Assembly: GCA_041742535.1 (NCBI GenBank)
Contig: JBGSIM010000022.1
Coordinates: 464-64,463, forward strand
Length of the DNA stretch: 64,000 nucleotides
Source of the DNA: Cyclobacteriaceae bacterium
GTDB lineage: Bacteria > Bacteroidota > Bacteroidia > Cytophagales > Cyclobacteriaceae
Direction of reading: 5' to 3'
Shown here piece after piece: positions 44,740-53,910 of this stretch (its first letter is position 1; every line of letters begins with the position of its first letter). Position numbers and translations under genes: made by a program. The notes beneath the pieces were generated by a model, which did no database searches, was not told the origin of the DNA, and worked only from the letters and a program-made list of their open reading frames with translations.

Positions 44740-45893
44740 TTTCGCTTAACAGTGGTAATAGATTTGCGTTTAGAATACACAAGATTTAAACCACCCAACA
44801 CAATCCCGATTCCTAAAATCACAATGGTGATAATCATGCGGGTTTTCTGAAGCTCCAATGCGTTTACTTCCGCTTCCGTTTTAATAATCTCCATTTCCTT
44901 TTCTTTCTCCTGAAGATCAAGAGCTATTTCCATCTGAGCAATTTTGCGACTGCTTTCTTCACCATAGATTTTTTCTTTTTTAAGATCGTAGCGTACCATG
45001 GTTTCATAGGCCTCCTTCATTTTTCCTTGCTTGGAATAATTGAGCGCCATACTTTTTAAAATTGAGGGCTCAAAAATGAATGCTTGCATTTGTGCGCTTA
45101 GCTCCATAGCGCTATCTAAGTAGGCTTGCGAGTTTTTGAATTGTCCCGCACGTGCATATACTTCGCCCATACTGCTTAGAACATTTAGCACCACAAGTTG
45201 GTCATTCTCTTGTCGCGCTAACGCTAAAGCACGTTTATAGTATTCAACCGCGCGTTGATAATTGCCTTGCTTGAAATATAAGTTGCCAATGTTGTTCAGC
45301 GGGTCGGCATAGACTTTTCCACTTTCCTGACTTAGCTGATAGGCTTCCGAATAATACTTAAGTGCTTGTTCATAAAGTTGAAGATCGTTATGAAGATTGC
45401 CCAGGTTATTCATTGAGCCAATAATCTTTTGTTTATCGTTAATCTCCATAAACTGAGTGTGCGATTCTTCAAAATACTTCATTGCTTGCCCGTAATCTTT
45501 CTTAAAGGAATAAATGTTTCCAATATTATTTTTTGTAGTAGCAATGCCTTCTTTGTTTTGTAGTGCATCATAGAGTTGAAGTGAAATCAGGTAGTATTCT
45601 AGCGACTTATCCAGAGCACCTTGATTTTTATAAGCAATCCCTAAATTATTATAGGAAGCAGCCATACCCTTTTTATCCTCAATTTCTAATGCCAGAGAAA
45701 GTGCCTCGCGTGTGTATTCTATAGCTTTGATAGGGTCGGAATTTAAATGTGCCCGAAAAAGTTCGTTTAGGGTTTTTACTTTAAGATCGCCTTTGGCGGT
45801 GGTAAGCACTTGTTCAAGGCTATCAACTTTTGACTGAGCCAAAGCAAGGGTAGAGGATGCTAAAACAACAAAAAGTAAGTGGATAGGCTTCAT
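44736..45893 (-). CDS. TPR-repeat protein with signal peptide, C-terminal coiled coil and a TM anchor
   Basis: 385 aa. Repeated ..YNNLG/NNIGN..Y....A..Y. units, then IITIVILGIGIVLGGLNLV. Confidence 0.75.
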   Translation of the reverse strand: MKPIHLLFVVLASSTLALAQSKVDSLEQVLTTAKGDLKVKTLNELFRAHLNSDPIKAIEYTREALSLALEIEDKKGMAASYNNLGIAYKNQGALDKSLEYYLISLQLYDALQNKEGIATTKNNIGNIYSFKKDYGQAMKYFEESHTQFMEINDKQKIIGSMNNLGNLHNDLQLYEQALKYYSEAYQLSQESGKVYADPLNNIGNLYFKQGNYQRAVEYYKRALALARQENDQLVVLNVLSSMGEVYARAGQFKNSQAYLDSAMELSAQMQAFIFEPSILKSMALNYSKQGKMKEAYETMVRYDLKKEKIYGEESSRKIAQMEIALDLQEKEKEMEIIKTEAEVNALELQKTRMIITIVILGIGIVLGGLNLVYSKRKSITTVKRK

Positions 45894-46018
45894 GAATCGA
45901 ATTTAATGGGTCAATTTAAGATATTATCTCTGAACATGGAATTTCTACAGACTTAACCATTCAGGTAGTTCTTTTTGATTAAAATTATAATCTTGTAGGC
46001 ACGAATAAATTTTTACGT

Positions 46019-46504
46019 ATGAAAGCACTCCCTTTTTTGATCATTCTTTTGTGTTGCACATTGGCCAAAGCTCAATCGGATGCCGAAGATGCCGCAGTTA
46101 TGCAGCCAATCACCCGACTTTTTACGGGAATGAATTTAGGTGACAGTGCTATGGTTAGAAGTGCATTTGCAAAAGAGGTAACCATGGGTACCATCACGAA
46201 GGATAAGTCAGGAAACCCGATCGTTAGAAAATCGGAACTTGCTGGGTTTTTAAAAGCAGTGGGTTCTCCACATCCTGAACCTTGGAGTGAACCTATTTGG
46301 GATGCAAAAATTTCTATCGATGGAAACCTGGCTCAGGTCTGGACAAAGTATGCATTTTATCTGGGTAAGAAATTTAGTCATTGTGGTGTGGATGCATTTC
46401 ATTTATTCTATGATGGAAAAGAATGGAAAATTTTACATCTGGTTGACACACGACAAACTGAAGATTGCAATATTCCTGTTGCGATAAGTAATCAATTTAA
46501 ATAG
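46019..46504 (+). CDS. Secreted NTF2-like/SnoaL-like fold protein
   Basis: 161 aa with signal peptide. The fold call is by pattern only (..CGVDAFHLFYDGKEWKILHLVDT). Confidence 0.45.
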   Translation: MKALPFLIILLCCTLAKAQSDAEDAAVMQPITRLFTGMNLGDSAMVRSAFAKEVTMGTITKDKSGNPIVRKSELAGFLKAVGSPHPEPWSEPIWDAKISIDGNLAQVWTKYAFYLGKKFSHCGVDAFHLFYDGKEWKILHLVDTRQTEDCNIPVAISNQFK

Positions 46505-46522
46505 TAATCTAATTTCATAATC

Positions 46523-47011
46523 ATGAAACGACTCACCCTTATTTTCATTTTCATCATTGTAACATCGTTGGCGTACGCGCAACCAATTACAACTTTTATT
46601 TTGGTGCGTCATGCCGAGAAAGGAAATGATGGAACTAAAGACCCAGAATTAAGTGAAGCAGGACTGGCGCGTGCTCAATCACTGGCCAAATTAATGCAGG
46701 CTACAAAAGTAGATGCAATCTATTCAACACCTTATAAGCGAACCCGCAATACAGTTTCTCCTTTGGCAAAGGAGAAAGGATTTGATGTGTTGGAATACAA
46801 TAAAATTGAAGAGATGGATGTTCTTCTCAAGAAGTATCAAGGTGGAACATTGATTATTTGTGGTCATTCAAACACCGTTCCTGCACTTGCAAATTATTTA
46901 ATTGGGAAAGATTCGTACAAGGCGTTTGAGGATGGCGACTATGGAAACATCATTATTGTTTCCGTTGTGGAGAGAGGAAAGAATGCGAATGTGGTTTGGT
47001 TGAACTACTAA
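46523..47011 (+). CDS. Histidine phosphatase family protein (SixA/PGAM-like)
   Basis: FILVRHAEKG (RHx motif), CGHSNT. Confidence 0.8.
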   Translation: MKRLTLIFIFIIVTSLAYAQPITTFILVRHAEKGNDGTKDPELSEAGLARAQSLAKLMQATKVDAIYSTPYKRTRNTVSPLAKEKGFDVLEYNKIEEMDVLLKKYQGGTLIICGHSNTVPALANYLIGKDSYKAFEDGDYGNIIIVSVVERGKNANVVWLNY

Positions 47012-47080
47012 CCATCACCAGCGTTTTAGTATTTTGGGTTAGAACTTCCGATTCAGTAAATTCGTTGAGTCATTTACAGT

Positions 47081-47497
47081 ATGAAGTTTCCGATCACATT
47101 ATTTTTAGTGTTGATCTTGTCTTCTGCCTCTTATGCGCAGGGCGAGCAGGAAGAACTTCGCAGAAGCATTTATTTTGGAGGAGGTAGCTATGATATAGAT
47201 GAATATCAAATGAGCATGCTTTCGGATTGGTTGGATTCCATACCCAATCTTCTTGACAAATACCAGATCCAGTTAATCAGTCATACCGATCCCGTTGGTG
47301 GAAAGGAATTCAATGAGTGGCTTTCAAAAATGCGAAGCCTTTCGGTCTATGAAATATTAATTGAAAAGGACATTCCGGAACGGTTCATCTCCATCAAAGA
47401 TTGGGATTTTGAAAATCCTGTTTACAGCAACCAAAGCCGAAGGGGCATGTGGATGAATAGGAGGGTAGATGTAATTTTGTACCCCTTCGTGTTTTAG
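47081..47497 (+). CDS. OmpA family peptidoglycan-binding protein
   Basis: 138 aa. SHTDPVGGKEFNEWLSKMRSLSV, NRRVDVIL. Confidence 0.75.
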   Translation: MKFPITLFLVLILSSASYAQGEQEELRRSIYFGGGSYDIDEYQMSMLSDWLDSIPNLLDKYQIQLISHTDPVGGKEFNEWLSKMRSLSVYEILIEKDIPERFISIKDWDFENPVYSNQSRRGMWMNRRVDVILYPFVF

Positions 47498-47551
47498 AGG
47501 TACGAAGCCAAATGACGAAGTACGAATTCGTCCTTTTTCAAATCGTACCTC
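47497..47551 (+). terminator. Nested stem-loop (outer 9 bp, inner 6 bp plus T-run) right after the OmpA stop
   Basis: Outer stem GAGGTACGA (47497-47505) / TCGTACCTC (47543-47551). Inner stem GACGAA (47514-47519) / TTCGTC (47527-47532), followed by CTTTTTC. Confidence 0.45.
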
Positions 47552-47605
47552 CCAATCGTCCTTTATCGGACACCTTTTTTCACTTACGGACGAGTTGATA
47601 TGCAA

Positions 47606-47635
47606 CTAATCCCTTTTTTGCACGTCTAATCCCTT
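47606..47635 (+). promoter_or_regulatory. Direct repeat CTAATCCCTT x2 at 20-bp period
   Basis: Copies at 47606-47615 and 47626-47635, about 75 nt upstream of the probable ABC ATPase start. Confidence 0.35.
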
Positions 47636-47708
47636 ATTACGTCTTGGCATGTATTTAGCCAAAGCAAAGGCAAATTGGCAAGGCGGCCTCATTTTTAAAG
47701 CCATTTTC

Positions 47709-48392
47709 ATGATCAGTCTAAAAAACATTGATAAGTACATCGATTCGCGCTTTCAGCGCACATTTATCCTAAAAGGGATTGACCTTGAAGTACAGCAGGG
47801 AGAATTCCTCACCATTATGGGGCCAAGTGGTTCGGGTAAATCAACCCTTATGAATATTATTGGCATGTTGGATGAACCCTCTGCCGGTGAATATTATTTC
47901 TTTGATGAGCCGGTGCATAAGATGCGGGAAAAGCAGAAATCGGAGATGCACAAAAACTACATTGGTTTTATATTTCAAGCCTATCATCTTATTGATGAGC
48001 TTACGGTATATGAAAACATCGAGACTCCACTTTTGTACAAAGGAGTTAGTGGTGGCCAGCGTAAAAGTATGGTGGCCGAAATGTTGGATCGTTTCAACAT
48101 GGTGGCTAAAAAAGATTTGTTCCCTGAGCAACTTTCTGGCGGACAACAACAATTAGTAGGCATTGCCCGCGCTATTGTAGGTCAACCTAAATTAATATTG
48201 GCCGATGAGCCTACAGGCAATCTTCATTCCGAACAAGGAAAACATATCATGGATATTTTTCAGAAGTTAAATGAAGAGGGTATAACCATCATTCAGGTAA
48301 CACATGCAGAAGAAAATGCCCAACGCAGTAAGCGTGTTGTGAGAATTGCAGATGGAGCCATTGAGTCAGATGAAAAAATGAATAAACAATAA
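47709..48392 (+). CDS. ABC transporter ATP-binding protein (MacB/LolD-type)
   Basis: GPSGSGKST Walker A, LSGGQQQ signature, ILADEPTGNL Walker B. Start trimmed to MISLKNIDKY. Confidence 0.9.
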   Translation: MISLKNIDKYIDSRFQRTFILKGIDLEVQQGEFLTIMGPSGSGKSTLMNIIGMLDEPSAGEYYFFDEPVHKMREKQKSEMHKNYIGFIFQAYHLIDELTVYENIETPLLYKGVSGGQRKSMVAEMLDRFNMVAKKDLFPEQLSGGQQQLVGIARAIVGQPKLILADEPTGNLHSEQGKHIMDIFQKLNEEGITIIQVTHAEENAQRSKRVVRIADGAIESDEKMNKQ

Positions 48393-48401
48393 TTGAGTAG
48401 T

Positions 48402-49778
48402 ATGAAGAAGTTTGTAATTCTGGTCTTAGTTTTAATTACCTACACAGTTAAGGCCCAGGATAGTGCCCCTAAGAAATTAACGTTTGAAGAGGCGGTGAGC
48501 ATTGCGTTAAAAAACAATGTCACCTTAGGTCAGCAAAGAAATCAGTTGGAAGTAAGCCAAATGCAGAAGACTGCCAGCATTGCAAGTGTCGCCCCTAGCA
48601 TTAGCGTGAATGCGAACGCTCAGCAGTTTAATGGTAATTCTTTTAACCAACAACAGGGGCGGGCAATCAATGGTATTCGTGATGCGGTTAATGGTTCATT
48701 GAATGCCAACCTTACACTTTTCAATGGATTTAGCACCATCAATAACATTAGAATGACGAATAGTCAGTTGGATGCACAAAGTTATTTTGTAAAAAGAACT
48801 ACGGAAGATGTAATCAACACGGTGGCTGCGCAATTCCTTACGGTGTTACTCGATATGGAGTTATTAAAAATTGCCACTGAAAATTTTGAGGCGCTGAATG
48901 TTCAGTTAAATCAAATTACGGAGCAAGTTAAGTTAGGGAGCCGATCTCCGGTTGATGAATACAATCAGCAAGGACAAACAAAAGGCGCAGAACTTCGCAT
49001 GTTGCAAGCAGAGATAAATCTTACCAACGACAAGGCACTACTTACACAAACCTTATTACTGGATCCATTTATAGAGATTGAAGTAGCAAAACCAAGTTGG
49101 ACTATTTCCGATATGGATTTGGTTAATCCGAAGCTTGATGAGATGTATGCGCTTGCAAAAGAAAACAGAGGTGACCTTCTTCGAGCTATTAAAAATGAGG
49201 AGGCTGCTAAGTTTGGAGTACAAATAACAAGAGGTCTTTATGCTCCCTCCCTAAACGCCTTTTTTAATTATGGCTCAGCCTACAATTATCAGCACGGCAT
49301 TCCCGATTCGGTATTAGCTAACAACCCAAGTATAAACCGAGACTTTCAGGATCAATTTAGAGAGGACAACGTGTATAAAAGTTATGGTGTTGGCTTATCA
49401 ATTCCTATCCTTAATGGATACCAAACTCGCTCTCGCGTTATGCAACAAAAAATCACGTTTCGAAACAGTACTCTTTTAAAAGATAATGCTGAAATTCAAG
49501 TGAAGACGGATGTGCTTCGTGCCGCCAAGAATTTTGAAGTGGGTAGAAAGTCTTATACCGTAAGTGTGGCGCAATTGGAGGCGGCTCAAATGGCCTATCA
49601 GTTAGAGTCAGAACGGTACAATTTAGGAATTACCAATTTTGTGGATTATGCTCAGGCTAACCGGGTATTGGTTCAAGCTCAGGCAGATAAAAGCCAGGCT
49701 GAGTTTAGACTTATATTCCAACGGGTGTTACTCGAGTACGCTACAGGAACACTTAAGATTGAGGGTGTTCAATATTAG
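48402..49778 (+). CDS. TolC family outer-membrane efflux protein
   Basis: Signal peptide (start trimmed to MKKFVILV). LTFEEAVSIALKNNVTL and a two-repeat coiled architecture. Confidence 0.85.
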   Translation: MKKFVILVLVLITYTVKAQDSAPKKLTFEEAVSIALKNNVTLGQQRNQLEVSQMQKTASIASVAPSISVNANAQQFNGNSFNQQQGRAINGIRDAVNGSLNANLTLFNGFSTINNIRMTNSQLDAQSYFVKRTTEDVINTVAAQFLTVLLDMELLKIATENFEALNVQLNQITEQVKLGSRSPVDEYNQQGQTKGAELRMLQAEINLTNDKALLTQTLLLDPFIEIEVAKPSWTISDMDLVNPKLDEMYALAKENRGDLLRAIKNEEAAKFGVQITRGLYAPSLNAFFNYGSAYNYQHGIPDSVLANNPSINRDFQDQFREDNVYKSYGVGLSIPILNGYQTRSRVMQQKITFRNSTLLKDNAEIQVKTDVLRAAKNFEVGRKSYTVSVAQLEAAQMAYQLESERYNLGITNFVDYAQANRVLVQAQADKSQAEFRLIFQRVLLEYATGTLKIEGVQY

Positions 49779-49798
49779 TAGGCTAAATCAAGACACAA

Positions 49799-51874
49799 CT
49801 ATTTCTCAACCAACAACCCCTTCTCCTCTAAGGTCGATTTGATCTTATTATGATTAGCCCAAAACTTCTTTTTAATTTCTTCCATAGCCTGTTTGACTTC
49901 TGGAATATCCGAGGCCGATCCTCCAAGTTGGGGGTCTATATCACAAAACAAAACCAACCAATACATATAGTTTTCTTCCTTCGCGGCCAACTTCATATAC
50001 TCTACTACTTTTTTTGTGTCGTGGCGATAGATATAATAGGAAGCAAGACCCAGTGATTTGTAGATCGATTTTTCGTTGTCGATATAGTGCTTATAACTTT
50101 CAATAAACTCTTCAGCTTTTTCTTTTTGACCCGCTTTAGAATAGACCTCACCAATGAGTAAGTTTTCATGCACATATACATCGAGGTTTTGATGCTCCCT
50201 GATATTTACAAATTCTTTGTAGTACTGATAGGCGCCTTCAATGTCCCCCAGATAATAGCTAACTTTTCCGATATCTTGTAAAATGTCAAACCGGGTAGAG
50301 TCTTTGTTAAATTCTTTAATGAGCAGTTCACGGGTTTGTTGGAGATCTCCATTTTTGGCATAAAGAATAAAGGCTCTCAAATGTCTGGAGAAAGGATTAT
50401 CAGGAAAATACGCCAATGATTTGTCGATATATTTTAGGGCTTCATCGGTGAAGCCTGACTGCGCCAGCGCGTTACTCAACCGTAAGTATGTGTAACTTGT
50501 TGTAGTGGAATCAGTCGAACCAATGGTAAGCCGTAAACCTTTGAGTGCATACTCCAGATGCTTTGTTGTGTTGGGTACATAGCCTCCATATAAATCGGCA
50601 AGGACAGCAATGATTTCAGATGAATTCGGATTGTATTCCAACCCCCTTTCGAGATAAGGTATCGCCAGCTCATGTTCTTTTCTTTGCATATAGTAAACGG
50701 CCTTTGCCATCAAACTCTCTGCATTCTTTGGGTCATATAATAAAGCCTTATCGGAATAGCCTCCAATCTCCGCAGTATATTTTTTATCAGCTTTAAAAAT
50801 ATCAATATAATAGTATGCAATGGCTGCATCCGCATAGGCCATGGCAAATTGGTTGTCGAGTTCAATCGCCTTATTGAAAAATTCAACCGCTGATTCCAGA
50901 TTGGTTCGATAACTCAAAAGCTCCCTTCCTTTCAGGAAAAAATCATAGGCCTCCATGTTTTTAGTAGGGATTTTTTCAAGTCGCTCTACTTCTTCTGGGG
51001 TAATAATTGCTTGAATTTCTTCAGCAACGTCTTTTGCAATTTCTTGTTGTAAGGCAAAAATGTCTTTTGTCTCCCTTCGGTATTGTTTCGCCCACAAGTG
51101 ATTATCGTTAGGGCCATCAATTAACTGTATGTTTAGTACAATCTGATCACCGATTTTTTGTCCGCTTCCTTCTATAAAATAGACAACGTTTAACTCGTTT
51201 GCCATTTCACGAATGGATCGCGCTGTATTCCGGTATTTTTCAGTGGAGGTTCTGCTAAGTACCCTTAGATCTTTTATCTGCTGCAGGTTAATGAGTGTGG
51301 ACTCCATCAATCCATTGATTAAATATAGATTGGAGGAGTCGTTGCTATCATTTTTGAATGGAAGAACAGCAATTGATTTTTCAACCTGAGGGGTTTGCGG
51401 TGTTGGTAGTTTTTTATAAAAAAACAGAACAGCCACTAGCGCAATAATCAAACAAGCTGATGCAAGGATGATGAAGTTTCTTTTTCGGTTTGTGTTTGAG
51501 GCTGGCAAATTGCCGGGAATAGGTTCTTGCTTCTGATCTCTTTTTCCTACCTCACCGGGTGGATAGCCATAGTATTCGCGGAAGCATTTAATAAAGTAGG
51601 ATGTACTGCTAAACCCCACCTGATGAGATACTTCAGAAACATTTAGTTTAGCTGTTTGCAAAAGTTCCATCCCCCTCCTCAACCTAACCTGGTTGATCAA
51701 CTGACTCACGGATAGGTTGGTCTCCTTCTTCACCTTTCGGAGCAGGTTAGAGCGGCTCATATACATTTTATCTGCTAGTTCGGACACGCCAAACTGCTCG
51801 TGGGCAATATTTTCCTCTACGATAGCCGTGAGCTTTCTAACAAAATCACTTTCAGATGGAGTCGTTTCAGTCAT
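49799..51874 (-). CDS. Membrane-spanning one-component regulator: N-terminal AraC-type HTH, TM, TolB-N-like module and periplasmic TPR repeats
   Basis: 691 aa. HTH (VSELADKMYMSRSNLLRKVK..SYFIKCFREYYGYPPGE), TM (FIILASACLIIALVAVLFF), SIAVLPFKNDS.., then TPR units. Confidence 0.8.
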   Translation of the reverse strand: MTETTPSESDFVRKLTAIVEENIAHEQFGVSELADKMYMSRSNLLRKVKKETNLSVSQLINQVRLRRGMELLQTAKLNVSEVSHQVGFSSTSYFIKCFREYYGYPPGEVGKRDQKQEPIPGNLPASNTNRKRNFIILASACLIIALVAVLFFYKKLPTPQTPQVEKSIAVLPFKNDSNDSSNLYLINGLMESTLINLQQIKDLRVLSRTSTEKYRNTARSIREMANELNVVYFIEGSGQKIGDQIVLNIQLIDGPNDNHLWAKQYRRETKDIFALQQEIAKDVAEEIQAIITPEEVERLEKIPTKNMEAYDFFLKGRELLSYRTNLESAVEFFNKAIELDNQFAMAYADAAIAYYYIDIFKADKKYTAEIGGYSDKALLYDPKNAESLMAKAVYYMQRKEHELAIPYLERGLEYNPNSSEIIAVLADLYGGYVPNTTKHLEYALKGLRLTIGSTDSTTTSYTYLRLSNALAQSGFTDEALKYIDKSLAYFPDNPFSRHLRAFILYAKNGDLQQTRELLIKEFNKDSTRFDILQDIGKVSYYLGDIEGAYQYYKEFVNIREHQNLDVYVHENLLIGEVYSKAGQKEKAEEFIESYKHYIDNEKSIYKSLGLASYYIYRHDTKKVVEYMKLAAKEENYMYWLVLFCDIDPQLGGSASDIPEVKQAMEEIKKKFWANHNKIKSTLEEKGLLVEK

Positions 51875-51914
51875 TTAAATGACACTCAGTTTTTTGCCGA
51901 ATTTCGACCATTTG

Positions 51915-51948
51915 CGTCATAGTTTATATCGTTTCGTCATAATTTATA
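51915..51948. promoter_or_regulatory. Direct repeat CGTCATA(G/A)TTTATA x2 at 20-bp period
   Basis: Copies at 51915-51928 and 51935-51948 (13/14 identical), in the divergent region between the AraC-TPR gene and the ankyrin gene. Confidence 0.4.
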
Positions 51949-52056
51949 CTAGTTAATTGATTCTTGATGGTTTTGTGAGCATAGCTATTTAGCCCAACCT
52001 CAATGCTCAACTCACCTTTGTCTCACAAATTTTTTAAACCATTTAACTAACAAATC

Positions 52057-52629
52057 ATGAAAACAAGAAAGAACAATCACTTCGCAGTTGTAGCCTTTTT
52101 AGGACTCCTGTTAATCGCATCAGCCTGCCAAACAAAAAGCGACTCCACTCAAAATGATAAGCCTCAAGTTTCCGCTCCTGAAATTGATATTCATACAGCT
52201 GTAGTTACAGAAAATATTGATGCGCTCAAGCAACATATTGCGGCTGGGTCTAACCTGAATGAACCCGATCCGTTTGGTGGTTCCAGTCCGCTCATCAGTG
52301 CTGCTGTATTTGGAAAAACTGAAGCCGCACAACTATTAATTGAAGCTGGAGCTGATATTGACTTTCAGAACAATGATGGTTCAACGGCACTTATTTCTGC
52401 CGCCTACTTTTGCCGCCCTGAGATTGTAAAAATGTTGTTGGATAAGGGAGCGGATAAAACAATCACGAATAAGTATGGAGCCACAGCTTATCAGTCGGTT
52501 AATTATCCATTTGCTGATGCAAAGGAAAGTTATGAGATGATGGGTAAAATGCTCCAACCAATGGGATTGAATCTTGACTATACCTACATAGAAAAGACAA
52601 GACCCGAGATTGCTGAAATACTGAAATAG
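52057..52629 (+). CDS. Ankyrin-repeat lipoprotein
   Basis: Lipobox-like LIASAC. Repeats ..GSSPLISAAVFGKTEAAQLLIEAGADID.. and ..GSTALISAAYFCRPEIVKMLLDKGADK. Confidence 0.8.
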   Translation: MKTRKNNHFAVVAFLGLLLIASACQTKSDSTQNDKPQVSAPEIDIHTAVVTENIDALKQHIAAGSNLNEPDPFGGSSPLISAAVFGKTEAAQLLIEAGADIDFQNNDGSTALISAAYFCRPEIVKMLLDKGADKTITNKYGATAYQSVNYPFADAKESYEMMGKMLQPMGLNLDYTYIEKTRPEIAEILK

Positions 52630-52664
52630 AAAGTTAAAAAGCAGAAAGCTAAAAGAAGAGAGAA

Positions 52665-53771
52665 ATGCTGAGTTCTATTAGAAGATATGATATTGATTGG
52701 TTGCGCGTGATCGCCATCGGCTTGCTTTTAATCTATCATGTTGCGATCGGATTTCAATCGTGGGGAATTATGATTGGATTTATAACAAACGAAAAACCGT
52801 GGGCATCTTTATGGATTCCCATGACCTTATTGAATGTGTGGCGAATACCCTTGTTGTTTTTTGTTTCGGGAATGGGAGTTTACTTCGCTATGCAAAAAAG
52901 AAACTGGAAACAGTTGATCGCAGAGCGCTCTGGTCGAATACTCGTTCCATTTCTGTTTGGAGTGTTTATCATCTTTCCAATCTCACTTTACATTTGGCGC
53001 AATTACTATCAGTGGGGTCAACACTACGATCCAAACCCCGGCCATTTATGGTTTTTAGGAAACATCTTTATGTACGTGGTAGTGCTGTCTCCAATTTTTT
53101 TCTATCTCAAAAAAAATGTTGAAGGTAAAATAGCAAGTGCAATCAAATGGATTTTCAGCAATCCGTTAGGCTTACTTTTAGTGATAGGTGTTTTGGTTGT
53201 TGAAGCACTGCTTGTAAAACCAATTCCATATGAATTGTACGCCATGACATGGCACGGATTCTATTTGGGGTTCATCGCATTCTTCTTCGGCTTTTGTTTT
53301 GTGCTAAGTGGCGATGGTTTTTTGAAAATGATCTTAAAAGGACGGTGGTTGTTTCTGCTAATAGCTACCGTTCTTTTTACCTTTCGCTATCAACTTCAAA
53401 TGAAGTTTCCTGTTTACCTGATTCCCATTGAATCCGCCAATTGGATATTTGCTGTGCTTGCATTCGGATATAAATACCTGAGCAAGCCCAGTAACACATT
53501 ATCTTATTTAAGTCAGGCGGCCTACCCGGTTTACATTCTGCACATGATATTTCTTTTCCTGGGGTCGTGGCTACTATTCCCACTGAGTATGAGTGTGTAT
53601 CTCAAATTTATTTTGGTGTTGGCTTTTACAGGGATTGGGTGTTTTGCTACTTATGAACTGATCCGAAGAATTAGCTTTCTCAGACCCTTGTTTGGTCTTA
53701 AATGGAGGGCAGATAGAGCTGGTATTCAAGTATCTAAACGGCCAATTACCAAGGAAATGGCTGGATTATAA
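52665..53771 (+). CDS. Acyltransferase family 3 (OpgC/OafA-like) membrane protein
   Basis: RRYDIDWLRVIAIGLLLIYH N-terminus and about 10 TM segments. Confidence 0.75.
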   Translation: MLSSIRRYDIDWLRVIAIGLLLIYHVAIGFQSWGIMIGFITNEKPWASLWIPMTLLNVWRIPLLFFVSGMGVYFAMQKRNWKQLIAERSGRILVPFLFGVFIIFPISLYIWRNYYQWGQHYDPNPGHLWFLGNIFMYVVVLSPIFFYLKKNVEGKIASAIKWIFSNPLGLLLVIGVLVVEALLVKPIPYELYAMTWHGFYLGFIAFFFGFCFVLSGDGFLKMILKGRWLFLLIATVLFTFRYQLQMKFPVYLIPIESANWIFAVLAFGYKYLSKPSNTLSYLSQAAYPVYILHMIFLFLGSWLLFPLSMSVYLKFILVLAFTGIGCFATYELIRRISFLRPLFGLKWRADRAGIQVSKRPITKEMAGL

Positions 53772-53794
53772 TTGGCTCAAATACAAAACTTTGC

Positions 53795-53802
53795 TACCTT
53801 TG
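53795..53802 (+). promoter_or_regulatory. Candidate -7 box TACCTTTG for rpsA
   Basis: Matches TAnnTTTG. A TTG lies 20 nt upstream (53772-53774). About 108 nt upstream of the ATG. Confidence 0.3.
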
Positions 53803-53910
53803 CCACCCCATTCGAGTGACTGGGGCCTTTTTGAATATTTCAAGCAGGTTTAACCAAACAAAATTTGTTGCAGCAAGCCCGGCTGTAGCATGTAAACAGG
53901 GCAGATTATT

